64,000 nucleotides of DNA, from the IMG/VR virus record IMGVR_UViG_3300017987_005501; one strand, 5' to 3'. This stretch comes from a virus (taxonomy: Duplodnaviria; Caudoviricetes). This document shows, piece by piece, positions 1 through 9,176 of this stretch (positions are counted from its first letter, which is position 1; every line of letters starts with the position of its first letter). A program made the translations under genes and the position numbers. Below the pieces are notes generated by a model that saw nothing but the letters and a program-made list of their open reading frames with translations, was not told where the DNA came from and made no database searches.

Positions 1-330
1 GATGAAGTGATTAGCGAGCAAGGGACAGGCCGAGGGGGGAATTTCCCTCGAAAGGGCTTTAAAAATGTATATGGAAATAATCTCGTTAAAAGATTAGAGG
101 CTATTAAATACCGGGGGGATAATCTATCTTATCTGACCTGGAAAAGAATAAAAGAACAAGCTCCAAAGGAACATCAGGAATTAAATTCTTTTTCTAAGAT
201 TGAGCGAAATATTGAAAACCAATTCTTTTATGATCTAGTAACAGAAATTACAGAATCGGAAGCTCAAGTTTATGATTTAACTATTCCAGATGGGCATAAT
301 TTTACATCAAATGGAATTATTTCGCATAAT
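1..330 (+). mobile_element. C-terminal part of an intein in the RecA P-loop
   Basis: Hint C-terminal motifs VYDLTIPDGHNFTSNGIISHN end at 330, followed by Thr (+1 nucleophile) of the GK/TT Walker A. Confidence 0.9.
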
Positions 331-1344
331 ACGACACTGGCTACCTCTATCTGTATCCAAGCACAAAGAGAAGGCCATTCTTGTTTATATCTGGATTACG
401 AACATGCTTTTGATCCTAGTTATGGAAAAGCAATTGGGCTAGACTTAGATCCCAATAAATTTGCACTGTATCAACCCAACTTTTTAGAAAAAGGTCAAGA
501 ACTAATTACAAGAGCACTAGCAACCCATACTCTAGTGAAGTCTACAGGGGCTAAAAAACAAATCCCAGATAATGAAAGAGGAATTTGGATTGATCAAAAG
601 AAGGGTATTGGCATTGGGGTCCCAGTAGTTATTATAATTGACTCTGTTGCAGCCTTGATTCCAAAGAAGGAATACGAAGGCGAACATGATACAATGGAAA
701 TCGGGCTCTTACCTAGATTATTGTCAAGGTATCTAAGAAAGCTCGTAAGCCTTATTAAAGCTTCCAATTGTGCGATTGTTTTAGTTAATCAAGAAAGAAC
801 TAACATTAAAATGGGTCCTTTTGCTGCCGCAGGACCTGATTATGAAACTACTGGCGGTAAGGCAGTTAAATTTTATGCTAGTGTAAGGCTAAGATTAAAG
901 TTGAAGAAAAAGGAAAAAGCTCGCGTCTTTAATGAGATTCAAGGAACAAAGGAAGAACTTCCTATCCAGAATGTTATTAAATGTACAGCTGTTAAAAATA
1001 AGGTGGGAATGCCCTATAGAACTGGGGATTTCGTAATCCGCTTTGGGGAAGGGGTTGATAATGTCCGTAGCATTGTTGACATTGCTATCAATGCTGGAAT
1101 TATTAATAAAGGTGGGGCCTGGTTTGATTATAAATCTCTAGTAGATGAGGCCCACAATTTTAGGGTTCAGGGAATGGAGAAAGTTCGAGATATCGTAATT
1201 GAAAAAGATTACCTTATTGACGAATTACAAGAAAGGCTAGAATCCTATTTTAATCAGGGCGATAAGAAGGAAACAGCCTCGGACCTAGAAAAAATGGAAG
1301 ACATTGAATTAATTAGCGAAGAATATGGGGACGATGACGATTAA
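1..1344 (+). CDS. recA: RecA-family recombinase, 5' part outside the window, interrupted by an intein
   Basis: Frame is open from base 1. After the intein end come TTLA (rest of Walker A), YLDYEHAFD, IIIDSVAAL (Walker B), VNQER, ETTGGKAVKFYASVRL, KNKVGMP and GAWF, all RecA hallmarks. Confidence 0.93.
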   Translation, partial: DEVISEQGTGRGGNFPRKGFKNVYGNNLVKRLEAIKYRGDNLSYLTWKRIKEQAPKEHQELNSFSKIERNIENQFFYDLVTEITESEAQVYDLTIPDGHNFTSNGIISHNTTLATSICIQAQREGHSCLYLDYEHAFDPSYGKAIGLDLDPNKFALYQPNFLEKGQELITRALATHTLVKSTGAKKQIPDNERGIWIDQKKGIGIGVPVVIIIDSVAALIPKKEYEGEHDTMEIGLLPRLLSRYLRKLVSLIKASNCAIVLVNQERTNIKMGPFAAAGPDYETTGGKAVKFYASVRLRLKLKKKEKARVFNEIQGTKEELPIQNVIKCTAVKNKVGMPYRTGDFVIRFGEGVDNVRSIVDIAINAGIINKGGAWFDYKSLVDEAHNFRVQGMEKVRDIVIEKDYLIDELQERLESYFNQGDKKETASDLEKMEDIELISEEYGDDDD

Positions 1345-1372
1345 TTCGGTTTAAACAGTACTTTTAAGAGAG

Positions 1373-1397
1373 GCACCCTTTTCAGGGTGCTTTTTTT
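1373..1397 (+). terminator. Rho-independent terminator after recA
   Basis: GCACCCT-TTTC-AGGGTGC stem-loop followed by T7. Confidence 0.85.
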
Positions 1398-1465
1398 ATT
1401 TGTAATAGTCTTTTTTTCCGTTTTATTTATATAGGATCAAATTCTTTTATTAAAGGAGTTTCCCC

Positions 1466-1753
1466 ATGTCCCCTCTTTTATATTTCGCCGTCGTACTTCT
1501 CGAGAGTTTACTTATTATTGGAGCCATTTCTATATTTTTAACCCGAGCTATTATTGTTTATGGCAAACTTAAAATGTATAAAACCCTTCATATTCCGAAG
1601 AATTACGAGTTTAAGGTTATTAATCTTAAGCATAAGGGAAAAATTAAATGGCAAACTAATTTCGGATCAGACCAAAGATGGAAAATCTGTGCGCTGGAAA
1701 ATATTAATGGTCGAGCGCTTTTAATTTATGCCCGAGAAAAAATAGGGCATTAA
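1466..1753 (+). CDS. Small membrane-anchored protein, DUF4177-like domain
   Basis: N-terminal hydrophobic helix, then YEFKVI...WKICA...LLIYAR pattern. RBS GGAG. Confidence 0.45.
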   Translation: MSPLLYFAVVLLESLLIIGAISIFLTRAIIVYGKLKMYKTLHIPKNYEFKVINLKHKGKIKWQTNFGSDQRWKICALENINGRALLIYAREKIGH

Positions 1754-1765
1754 TATAAGGAGAAA

Positions 1766-2041
1766 ATGATGAACTTAGTTAGTTTAATTGCTCTAGTAGG
1801 ATGTGGTATTTTAGCTTTGTTAATTCTAGGGTTCAGTATTTTCTTTATGTTCTATTCCCTAAAATCTGAAACTAAATCTAAAAATTCTGCAGAGAAATTC
1901 AGCTACAAAACTACAGAAGTAGAAACATACGAAGAGTTTAATTCTTTGTTGGAAGCCGGCTCCGATGATGATTGGGTGATTTGTGCAACTTGCAAATTTG
2001 GAGAAGGTTGGATCGTAATCTATTCAAAACCTAGGGTTTAG
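1766..2041 (+). CDS. Small membrane-anchored protein, probable paralog of the previous gene
   Basis: TM helix, then FSYKTT...WVICA...IVIYSK. RBS AGGAG. Confidence 0.45.
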   Translation: MMNLVSLIALVGCGILALLILGFSIFFMFYSLKSETKSKNSAEKFSYKTTEVETYEEFNSLLEAGSDDDWVICATCKFGEGWIVIYSKPRV

Positions 2042-2222
2042 ATCTAATAGCAATTGTTAAAGTTGTAATATCGCTTGGAATAAGTTTTATACAGTTTCCA
2101 TCTTTATCCCGAATTTCTTCTGCGATAGGGCGATTTTCTTCCCAACTAATAATTTTTCCTTTGTGTAGCTCTTCTAAGTAATCCCACGTTTTTTGAGATA
2201 GTTTTAAATCATAGGGCTCCAT
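2031..2222 (-). CDS. Hypothetical protein
   Basis: 63 aa ORF with GAGGAG RBS and TATAAT upstream on the minus strand. Confidence 0.55.
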   Translation of the reverse strand: MEPYDLKLSQKTWDYLEELHKGKIISWEENRPIAEEIRDKDGNCIKLIPSDITTLTIAIRSKP

Positions 2223-2336
2223 TTAGTTTCTCCTCGAAAAAGTTACATTATATTAAATATACACCTTAAAAGAAAGAGATTTTTCCTCTTTCTTTTTGTA
2301 ATAATTATAAAGAATCTCTGTCTGAGGGGTAGAATA

Positions 2337-3500
2337 ATGCCAATAGACGTAAGAATAAAGAACGCACAAGCAATCGAAGATGTATCTTTTCAGATTAATG
2401 GGTTTACTTGTCTTGTTGGTAAAAGCAATATCGGAAAAAGTAGCGTTTTAAGATCCCTCCAATCAATGTTTAAGAATTCTGGGGGTTTGGTTAGGCATGG
2501 AAAAGACTCCTGCGAGGTTTTTTATAATGACGGAGATCTTAATATCCACTGGACAAGAGGGAAAGAAAACAAATACAAGATTAATGAAACCGAGTATCAA
2601 ACTGGAAGGGATATACCCCCTCCGATCTTAGACGCAGGAATTAAAGAATTAATTATTGGAAACTCTTCTACCAAACAAAAGATTGATGTTCAAACGAACG
2701 GCCAACATTCCCCATTATTCCTTATAGATAAGAATAAAAGAGAGGCTGCTGAAATTATCTCTGCAATCTCTCGGCTAGATGTAATCTCAAAAGCATCAAA
2801 AGAATGTAACAGGGACCTTAAACAGTATAAGGGTAAGTTAAAATTACGGGAATCGGATAGGGACGCAGTATCGCAACAGCTAAAGAAATTTGAAAATCTT
2901 GAAAACCTTAAAAATTCCTTCAGCTCCCTTCTTTCTTCCTTAACTAAAACACAAGAGGGATTTAATAAGGTAACGGAATTAAAATTAAAGTTAAAAAAAT
3001 TAAAAGATTTAAGTAAGAGAAAAGAACTGTATGATAAAATAAAATTAATAGAAATTCCAGAATTTGTTTTGGATTTGTCCCAAAATAGGATTGAAAAATT
3101 AAAAGGGATCAGCGACAACCTTTCCTTAATAAAAGCTGAGATTAAAATTCTTAAAAGAATTAAAACACTAAAAATTCCAACTTTTAATGAGGACGAACAT
3201 AGAAAATTATTATCCTTAACTGTAAAGTTAGAAGAAATTAAAGCATTGTCAAAGAAAACGTTATTAAGGGAAGAACTAGAAAAAATAAAGATGGTTTCTT
3301 TGTCCTCCCTGGAAGGAACCGTTCAGCAATTAGAAGTTTTTAAGGAAATTAAAAACCGTCTTAATGAAATAAATAAGAGTATAGAAGAAACAGAGGAAGA
3401 AATCGGGAAGTTGAAGGATAAGCTTTTAAAGTTAAAAGAAGGTAAAGCGAAGATAGAGAAAAATCTAGGATCTTGCCCAATTTGTGGAAAGGAATTTTAG
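2337..3500 (+). CDS. SbcC/Rad50-like ATPase, N-terminal half ending at the zinc hook
   Basis: Walker A GKSNIGKSS, Q-loop region, long coiled coil, terminal CPICG. No signature motif or Walker B. Confidence 0.85.
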   Translation: MPIDVRIKNAQAIEDVSFQINGFTCLVGKSNIGKSSVLRSLQSMFKNSGGLVRHGKDSCEVFYNDGDLNIHWTRGKENKYKINETEYQTGRDIPPPILDAGIKELIIGNSSTKQKIDVQTNGQHSPLFLIDKNKREAAEIISAISRLDVISKASKECNRDLKQYKGKLKLRESDRDAVSQQLKKFENLENLKNSFSSLLSSLTKTQEGFNKVTELKLKLKKLKDLSKRKELYDKIKLIEIPEFVLDLSQNRIEKLKGISDNLSLIKAEIKILKRIKTLKIPTFNEDEHRKLLSLTVKLEEIKALSKKTLLREELEKIKMVSLSSLEGTVQQLEVFKEIKNRLNEINKSIEETEEEIGKLKDKLLKLKEGKAKIEKNLGSCPICGKEF

Positions 3501-4535
3501 GTGTTTAATTTTATAACAGTTGGGGATGTTCATTCAGCAGATAAAAATCCAGGCGCGAGGGTTGGGGATTATTTTATAGACACATTCGATAAGCTAGATC
3601 AAATTGCTATTATTGCTGAAAAGGTTAAAGCTGATGCCGTTTTTTTCTTGGGAGATATATTTCATATTAAACAACAAAAAGAAAATAGTTGTAAGTTAAT
3701 AGCCAATTGGATCGAACTCCTAAAAACTTACCCTCCAACTATAGGAATCGCTGGCAACCATGACGAATCTTTTAATAACCCGGAGACAATCCCAAACCAA
3801 CCAATTGGGGTTTTAGAAGCTAGCGGACACTTAACCCTTTTAGATGAAAAATTAGATAAACATTATATCTTTGAGAAAGCTGGAATTAAGATTAGGGTTG
3901 CAGGATATCCTTATGAAAAGAAACTAGGAATATCAGCTTGTGATATTAAGAAAAAGGATGAGGATATATTAATTGCCCTAGCCCATATTTATGCCGGCCC
4001 AAAAGAAAAGGATCTTTTCGGGGAAACAATTTATGGATACGATAAGATGGTTTCTTTTAATCCTGATATCTTTTGTTTTGGCCATTACCACGTCGACCAA
4101 GGGGTTCGAAAAAAAGGTACTAAATATTTTATAAACCTTGGTGCCATAACGAGAGGGTCCATTTCAAAAGATGACCTAGAAAGAAAACCTAAGGTTGGTT
4201 GGATAAGTATTAACGAGAAAAGAGAAATAACAATTAAACAAATTAAATTAAAAGTAAAACCTTCTAATGAGATCTTTAACCTTGAATTAAAAGAAGAGAT
4301 TGAATCGGAAAATGATCAAATTAACGCCTATATAGAAAAATTAAAATCAGAAATCGAAGGGACGAAGGTTGAGGCTAATATTGCGAAACAAATTGGAAGC
4401 CTGGACCTTTCCACAGAAGTAAAAGATATGGTTTACCATTATCTTGAAAAAGCCGGGCTAGAAAAAGGAGAGATAGAGTCCTCCGATATTTTAGCAAATA
4501 TTACATTAAAAGGAGAAAATGATGGCGACAGTTGA
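3501..4535 (+). CDS. sbcD: SbcD/Mre11-like metallophosphoesterase nuclease
   Basis: GDVH, GDIFH, GNHD, AH and GHYH phosphoesterase motifs; adjacent to the SbcC half. Confidence 0.88.
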   Translation: MFNFITVGDVHSADKNPGARVGDYFIDTFDKLDQIAIIAEKVKADAVFFLGDIFHIKQQKENSCKLIANWIELLKTYPPTIGIAGNHDESFNNPETIPNQPIGVLEASGHLTLLDEKLDKHYIFEKAGIKIRVAGYPYEKKLGISACDIKKKDEDILIALAHIYAGPKEKDLFGETIYGYDKMVSFNPDIFCFGHYHVDQGVRKKGTKYFINLGAITRGSISKDDLERKPKVGWISINEKREITIKQIKLKVKPSNEIFNLELKEEIESENDQINAYIEKLKSEIEGTKVEANIAKQIGSLDLSTEVKDMVYHYLEKAGLEKGEIESSDILANITLKGENDGDS

Positions 4536-5007
4536 AATTAATACAACAGAAATTGGGAAATCGAATCTTATAAAGAAGATAACAGAAGTTTTATCTATTA
4601 TAACCGCTTGCCCGGATAATATGGTATTTAAGATAAAATTAGAACTTGACGGGGTGGATATGCGTCTTACAAAAGCCGCCATGGACTTTGTAGAACAACA
4701 GCAAAAAAACCAAGAGGAGCCTGAAGATGAAGAAGAAAAACTAGAAGAAGCTGCTCCAACCCCCACACAATTAACTGACTTTCTACAAAGAATGCAATTT
4801 GGGGACTTAGATAAAGTTTCAGACTTTCTAAAAGAGAAATTTGGGGTTGAAGAAAACTTAAAGTTGGGACCAGAGATGACCCAAAAAGAAACTTTATCCC
4901 ATTTAAAGGACCAAATGATTGGTAAAAAGGATGATCACGATCAAGTTATTGACGATATTTTAAAACCTCGAAAATTAAAGGAAGAGGAAGGGAATGAAAA
5001 AGACTAA
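4519..5007 (+). CDS. Hypothetical acidic protein
   Basis: ORF coupled to both neighbours, RBS AGGAG. Confidence 0.6.
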   Translation: MMATVEINTTEIGKSNLIKKITEVLSIITACPDNMVFKIKLELDGVDMRLTKAAMDFVEQQQKNQEEPEDEEEKLEEAAPTPTQLTDFLQRMQFGDLDKVSDFLKEKFGVEENLKLGPEMTQKETLSHLKDQMIGKKDDHDQVIDDILKPRKLKEEEGNEKD

Positions 5008-5776
5008 AATCAGTTGGTCTTCTTTTGATTTATGGCGATTATGTCCCCATGCCTATGATCTTTTCTATCTGGAAGAAAAAGGATTCGATTTAGATGAAAA
5101 ACAAGATCGCTTCTTCGCAATTATTGGTTCTGTAATTCAAGAGATTTTTTCTAGGTTTTATAATGATCAACTTTGGAGACTAAAAAAAGAAGCTATCCCC
5201 TATTTAACAGATACGCTACTGCCCAAAGTTTGGCCTTTTGTTCTCGATGGTTTTACTGTTAACTGGGAGAATCATGATAAATCCGAAAAAGAATTATATG
5301 AAGAAGCAAAAGGGATGATACCCAAGGTTACCAAGCTTCTATTAGGCGAAAAGCTTCTATTTCCAAATGGATTACAGCGGGCTGAAGTAAAGCATATGCT
5401 TCCTTTTAATGAAGAAAATGGAATCTACCTAATGGGAAAGGTCGATTTCTTATTTAAGGACTCCGAAGTAATTATTTTAGATGGAAAAGCCACCCATAAT
5501 GTTAAGGACGATCAACTATATTTCTATAGCTACCTCTATGAATTAATTAATGGGGAATTGCCTGATAAAATTGGATATATCTATTACGATACAGCAGAAG
5601 TCTCGTATATTAAATTTAGTGCTAGGAAGTATAATAGATTAAAGAAGGAAATAAACGAATTAGTTCAAGCAATAGATAAAAAGGATTTTCCTGCTAAACC
5701 TGAGTTAAATAAATGTGAAGCTTGTACATTAAAATCAATTTGTTCAAAAAAGGAGTTAAATAATGCCACGGCGTAA
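4994..5776 (+). CDS. Cas4/AddB-like PD-(D/E)XK nuclease with probable Fe-S cluster
   Basis: N-terminal LCP, GKVDFL...ILDGK core, QLYFY, C-terminal CEACTLKSIC (four-Cys staple). Confidence 0.8.
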   Translation: MKKTKISWSSFDLWRLCPHAYDLFYLEEKGFDLDEKQDRFFAIIGSVIQEIFSRFYNDQLWRLKKEAIPYLTDTLLPKVWPFVLDGFTVNWENHDKSEKELYEEAKGMIPKVTKLLLGEKLLFPNGLQRAEVKHMLPFNEENGIYLMGKVDFLFKDSEVIILDGKATHNVKDDQLYFYSYLYELINGELPDKIGYIYYDTAEVSYIKFSARKYNRLKKEINELVQAIDKKDFPAKPELNKCEACTLKSICSKKELNNATA

Positions 5777-6077
5777 AAATACAGAAGCTGAGAAAAAAAT
5801 TGAGCCGTTAGAAGAGGAGAAGGAAAAACAAAGGAAGAAAGAGACAAAGGAAGAAAAACAGAATCTCCCAAAATTTGTTTTGGTTAGCGAAGATGGTTCA
5901 ATTCAAAAAACTAAAGTTATTATCAATGGGAAAATTATTAAGGACTTTTCCCAGTTTGATTTAGTTGCGGAAGAAGGACAAATTACATTTAACTATATCA
6001 AGTCTGGGTCTATTAACTTAAACGAAGTTGATGATCTATTCCCTCCAGACGAAGGAGGTGCGGAAAATGACAGTTAA
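5763..6077 (+). CDS. Hypothetical protein
   Basis: ORF in operon, RBS GGAG. Confidence 0.55.
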   Translation: MPRRKNTEAEKKIEPLEEEKEKQRKKETKEEKQNLPKFVLVSEDGSIQKTKVIINGKIIKDFSQFDLVAEEGQITFNYIKSGSINLNEVDDLFPPDEGGAENDS

Positions 6078-6468
6078 AAAATATGATGGTGGCAGTGGGT
6101 CGCCTGGAGAAGCCGAACGTCCGATGAAGAGAAAAGTTAAGGTACCAAGAGATAAAGATGGGAGGACTATTTTGACTGGAAATGTTAAGGTGCCTAAGGA
6201 TGGAGAAGATTTTGGAGATTCTGGTGAAGATTTACCACCCCCAGGAGAGGATGAATCCCCCCGCCCAAGAAGAACCCGAGAAAGAAGACGGGAAGGGAAA
6301 GAAACTCCAAAAAGATTGATTCTTCCTGAGGAAGAATATGAAGACGAAGTCGACACAAAAGACGGAATTCTCCAGATAATGACCAATGGGACTTCGGAGG
6401 GAACCGTAGTTACGTTAAATGGAAAAAAATTAAATGTTAAAGTTATCCTAAATTTAATGATAGTTTAG
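6067..6468 (+). CDS. Hypothetical low-complexity protein
   Basis: Start reassigned to ATG 6067 after GGAGGTG RBS. Confidence 0.55.
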   Translation: MTVKKYDGGSGSPGEAERPMKRKVKVPRDKDGRTILTGNVKVPKDGEDFGDSGEDLPPPGEDESPRPRRTRERRREGKETPKRLILPEEEYEDEVDTKDGILQIMTNGTSEGTVVTLNGKKLNVKVILNLMIV

Positions 6469-6538
6469 GGATCATTTTTAAATCCGGCTTTTTTATTCGT
6501 ATATAAAAAGGAATATAAAAAGGAATAGGATAATTTTA

Positions 6539-6811
6539 ATGGCAGACTTAACAGAAAAACTTTTAGAGCTTAAAAAGTTAAGAGAAAAGATCTCTGATAA
6601 AAAGAATCGTCTTGAAGGAAAACTTGATGCCGATCAAAAGGCATTAAAAAAGCTTGAAGCTGAGCTTGAGGAAGAGGGGATACAGCCCGCTGAGTTAGAA
6701 ACAGAAATTAATAAACTAGAAACGAAGCTAACGCGGGAGTATGAAAGATTGGAGAAAGAATTAAACGCAATTAGCAAAGAAGTAACCGATATTGAATCAC
6801 AGTGTTCTTAA
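6539..6811 (+). CDS. Coiled-coil protein, possible middle piece of the split SbcC
   Basis: 90 aa continuous heptad pattern, lying between the two SbcC halves. Confidence 0.5.
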   Translation: MADLTEKLLELKKLREKISDKKNRLEGKLDADQKALKKLEAELEEEGIQPAELETEINKLETKLTREYERLEKELNAISKEVTDIESQCS

Positions 6812-6836
6812 TTAATTAGAAAAGGAGATTGCTGAA

Positions 6837-8072
6837 ATGGCAAAATTTAAGATTAAAAAAGAAGCATTATTAGATAACTTAAATCTAGCTTCTCTTGCGA
6901 TAAATCGAAGGGAAGAAGATATTACAAGTAACTTTGTTTTTAAGGTTGAGGATGAAAAACTTGTAATTTTAGCAACTGATAATACTTCAATTGCAAAAGT
7001 AAAGGTTGGAAAAATTAGTCTAGAGGGCGATGATAATGAATCCTTTTCTTTTACCTTAAAAGCTCAAAAAGTTTTAGGGTTGTTAGGGACCTTAAAAAAG
7101 GATAACGAAGTCGAGTTTAATTTTAATAAGGCAGATATGAATGTCGTTATTAATGAAACTTATGATTTTCCTTCTCTTGATCCAGACGATTTCCCAGAAT
7201 TTAATAGTGAAATTGAAAAGGCAGAGTCTATTTCGGAAATAAAAATTGATGCATTGAGTAATGCCCTAAAATATATTAATGGGTTTATTGGGAATGACCC
7301 TCAAGGCCGTCCAGAATTAACTATTGGTTTAATTAAGGATAATACTTTCTTGGCGAGTAATGGAAAAACCTTTGGGGTATATGAATCTAAGGACCTTAAA
7401 GCAGATGGGTTTGAAGTAAGCTACAACGTTATTGGAAATATCCAGAAGTTTACTAAGGGTTTTGAAACCCCTATTGTTGTTGAGCCTAAAGATAAAAATA
7501 AGGACGACGACTCTAAGGACGACGACTCTAAGGACGACGACTCTAAGGACGACGACGGAGCGGTTGTCCCCTCTAAAAAGATAAAGCTACTGAAAAGTTC
7601 TAACTTTTTCATTATTGCTTCCCCCGACGAGTTAAACTACTATGGGTTTAGAAAGTGCGACTATAAATTCCCAGCTCAAAAGCTTCAAACGCAAATTGAG
7701 AAGGGAAAGGACGCAGAAACAAAATGCAAAATTTCTCGAGTTGAACTTTCGGAAGTCATTAACCGTTTATCTTTCTGTATCGATGAAACAAGCAATAGGA
7801 TGTCTTTTGTATTAACTGGGGATTCAGACGAGGCAGAGTTAGAAATCTCTGTTATTGGTTCCCATAAAAGGACAACTACAGAAAAAATGAAGGTCTCAAG
7901 ACTTTCAGGCGAAGAGGATATTACTTTTAGCCTAAACTTTAACCACTTAACTAAAGTTTTACCCCTTTATGACAGCCCTGAAATAATCCTATCAGAAAAT
8001 AAAGCTATTATGTTATCAGACGAACTTGACGACCACAATCTTTATGGGATGATTGCAGTTTTAAGGAGTTAA
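6837..8072 (+). CDS. dnaN: DNA polymerase III beta-type sliding clamp
   Basis: Three-domain clamp pattern: LATDN, DFP, LASNGKTF (ATDGHRL equivalent), ITFSLNFNHL. Confidence 0.75.
   Translation: MAKFKIKKEALLDNLNLASLAINRREEDITSNFVFKVEDEKLVILATDNTSIAKVKVGKISLEGDDNESFSFTLKAQKVLGLLGTLKKDNEVEFNFNKADMNVVINETYDFPSLDPDDFPEFNSEIEKAESISEIKIDALSNALKYINGFIGNDPQGRPELTIGLIKDNTFLASNGKTFGVYESKDLKADGFEVSYNVIGNIQKFTKGFETPIVVEPKDKNKDDDSKDDDSKDDDSKDDDGAVVPSKKIKLLKSSNFFIIASPDELNYYGFRKCDYKFPAQKLQTQIEKGKDAETKCKISRVELSEVINRLSFCIDETSNRMSFVLTGDSDEAELEISVIGSHKRTTTEKMKVSRLSGEEDITFSLNFNHLTKVLPLYDSPEIILSENKAIMLSDELDDHNLYGMIAVLRS
7500..7556 (+). repeat. 15-bp tandem repeat (AAGGACGACGACTCT x3.8) encoding KDDDS in the clamp
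   Basis: Perfect tandem copies seen directly. Confidence 0.95.
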
Positions 8073-8708
8073 ATGTTACAAACATTAACATCCCAAGCTG
8101 ATGACCTAAAAATAAAGATTTCTAAAGTCGAGGGAGTAAAATCTCAATTAGTAAATCAAAGGTCAAAGCTTGATTTAGAAATAGAAACTTTAAAACAGGG
8201 GGCAGTTGTTAGAGAAAAAACTGTCTCTTTGTTTAAACAGCTTCTGGATAAGTTAATCGACGAAAATGTAACTACCCTAAGTAAACTAGTTACGGAAGGT
8301 TTAAAAATCGTAATTCCAGACCAACAAGTTGAATTTAGTGCAACTATTGAACAGAAGAAAGACCTCTGGATTAGGTTTACTACTATAGAAAATGGGGTTG
8401 AAGGAGACGTGATTAACTCTTTTGGGGGAATGATAGTTGCTTTGGAATCATTTATTCTAAGAGTTTTGTGTATATTAAAGTTAAAATTGAAACGGATACT
8501 AATTTTGGATGAAGTATTTGCGCATGTTAGCACTGAATACCTAGAAAATACTTCATACCTAATAAAGAAATTATGTGATGATTTTGGGATAGACCTATTA
8601 TTAGTTACACATAAAAAGCAGTTATTAAAGTATGCGGATACCGTATATTATGCTAAATCTGAGAATGAAAAAGGATTAAAAAGATTGGTTCTAGAAAAAG
8701 GAGAATGA
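8073..8708 (+). CDS. SbcC/Rad50-like ATPase, C-terminal half
   Basis: Short coiled coil, signature-like SFGG, Walker B ILILDE, H-loop VTH, ADTVY. No Walker A. Confidence 0.85.
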   Translation: MLQTLTSQADDLKIKISKVEGVKSQLVNQRSKLDLEIETLKQGAVVREKTVSLFKQLLDKLIDENVTTLSKLVTEGLKIVIPDQQVEFSATIEQKKDLWIRFTTIENGVEGDVINSFGGMIVALESFILRVLCILKLKLKRILILDEVFAHVSTEYLENTSYLIKKLCDDFGIDLLLVTHKKQLLKYADTVYYAKSENEKGLKRLVLEKGE

Positions 8709-9175
8709 AAATGTCAACATTTGTAGCAGTAGATATTCAAAATGTCTTTTTCCACGCGAAGAAGCTAAAGAAAAGACTTAATTTTCAGAAGCTACACGAA
8801 CTATTTCAGGAAGAAGAAGATTTATTAACTTGTAATGCTTATGTTGCGACAAGCCCATTTACCGAAACAAGTTATCTAATTAACACCTTAAAAGGAATTG
8901 GTTTTAATGTAATAGCTTGCGAACAAAAAAAGGAAAGAAAGCACTTAAAATTTAATAATAGATCTGTTGGAATTACCCTAGACGTTGTCCGAAATCAAGA
9001 ACATTTTGATAAGCTAGTCGTTGTCACAATGGATGAAGGCATTGTTGATTTGTTAGACCACCTTAGAGACGAAGGAATTAAAGTTGAGATTTGGTCTTTA
9101 ACAAATAACGAAACCCTAAAAGACCATGCGGACGAATTTAATCTTTTTGAACAGGAGCACTACGTAAAACGTTAA
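8705..9175 (+). CDS. NYN/LabA (DUF88) domain protein, degenerate
   Basis: VAVDIQNVF, ITLD, and VVTMDEG in place of the usual SGDxD. Confidence 0.65.
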   Translation: MKMSTFVAVDIQNVFFHAKKLKKRLNFQKLHELFQEEEDLLTCNAYVATSPFTETSYLINTLKGIGFNVIACEQKKERKHLKFNNRSVGITLDVVRNQEHFDKLVVVTMDEGIVDLLDHLRDEGIKVEIWSLTNNETLKDHADEFNLFEQEHYVKR

Positions 9176-9176
9176 A

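Noticed and set aside
3480-3500. Frameshift or readthrough joining SbcC-N to downstream sequence
   Set aside because: The next gene is an intact SbcD with its own start, and the C-half lies 4.5 kb away with its own start.
4994-5776. Possible CRISPR-Cas locus suggested by the Cas4-like gene
   Set aside because: No repeat-spacer array and no other cas gene in the window.
6501-6527. 12-bp direct repeat ATATAAAAAGGA x2 upstream of 6539
   Set aside because: Too short and AT-rich to assign a function; probably a slippage duplication at the RBS.
7500-7556. Short repeats as a possible CRISPR array or iterons
   Set aside because: Contiguous, in-frame coding repeats without spacers.
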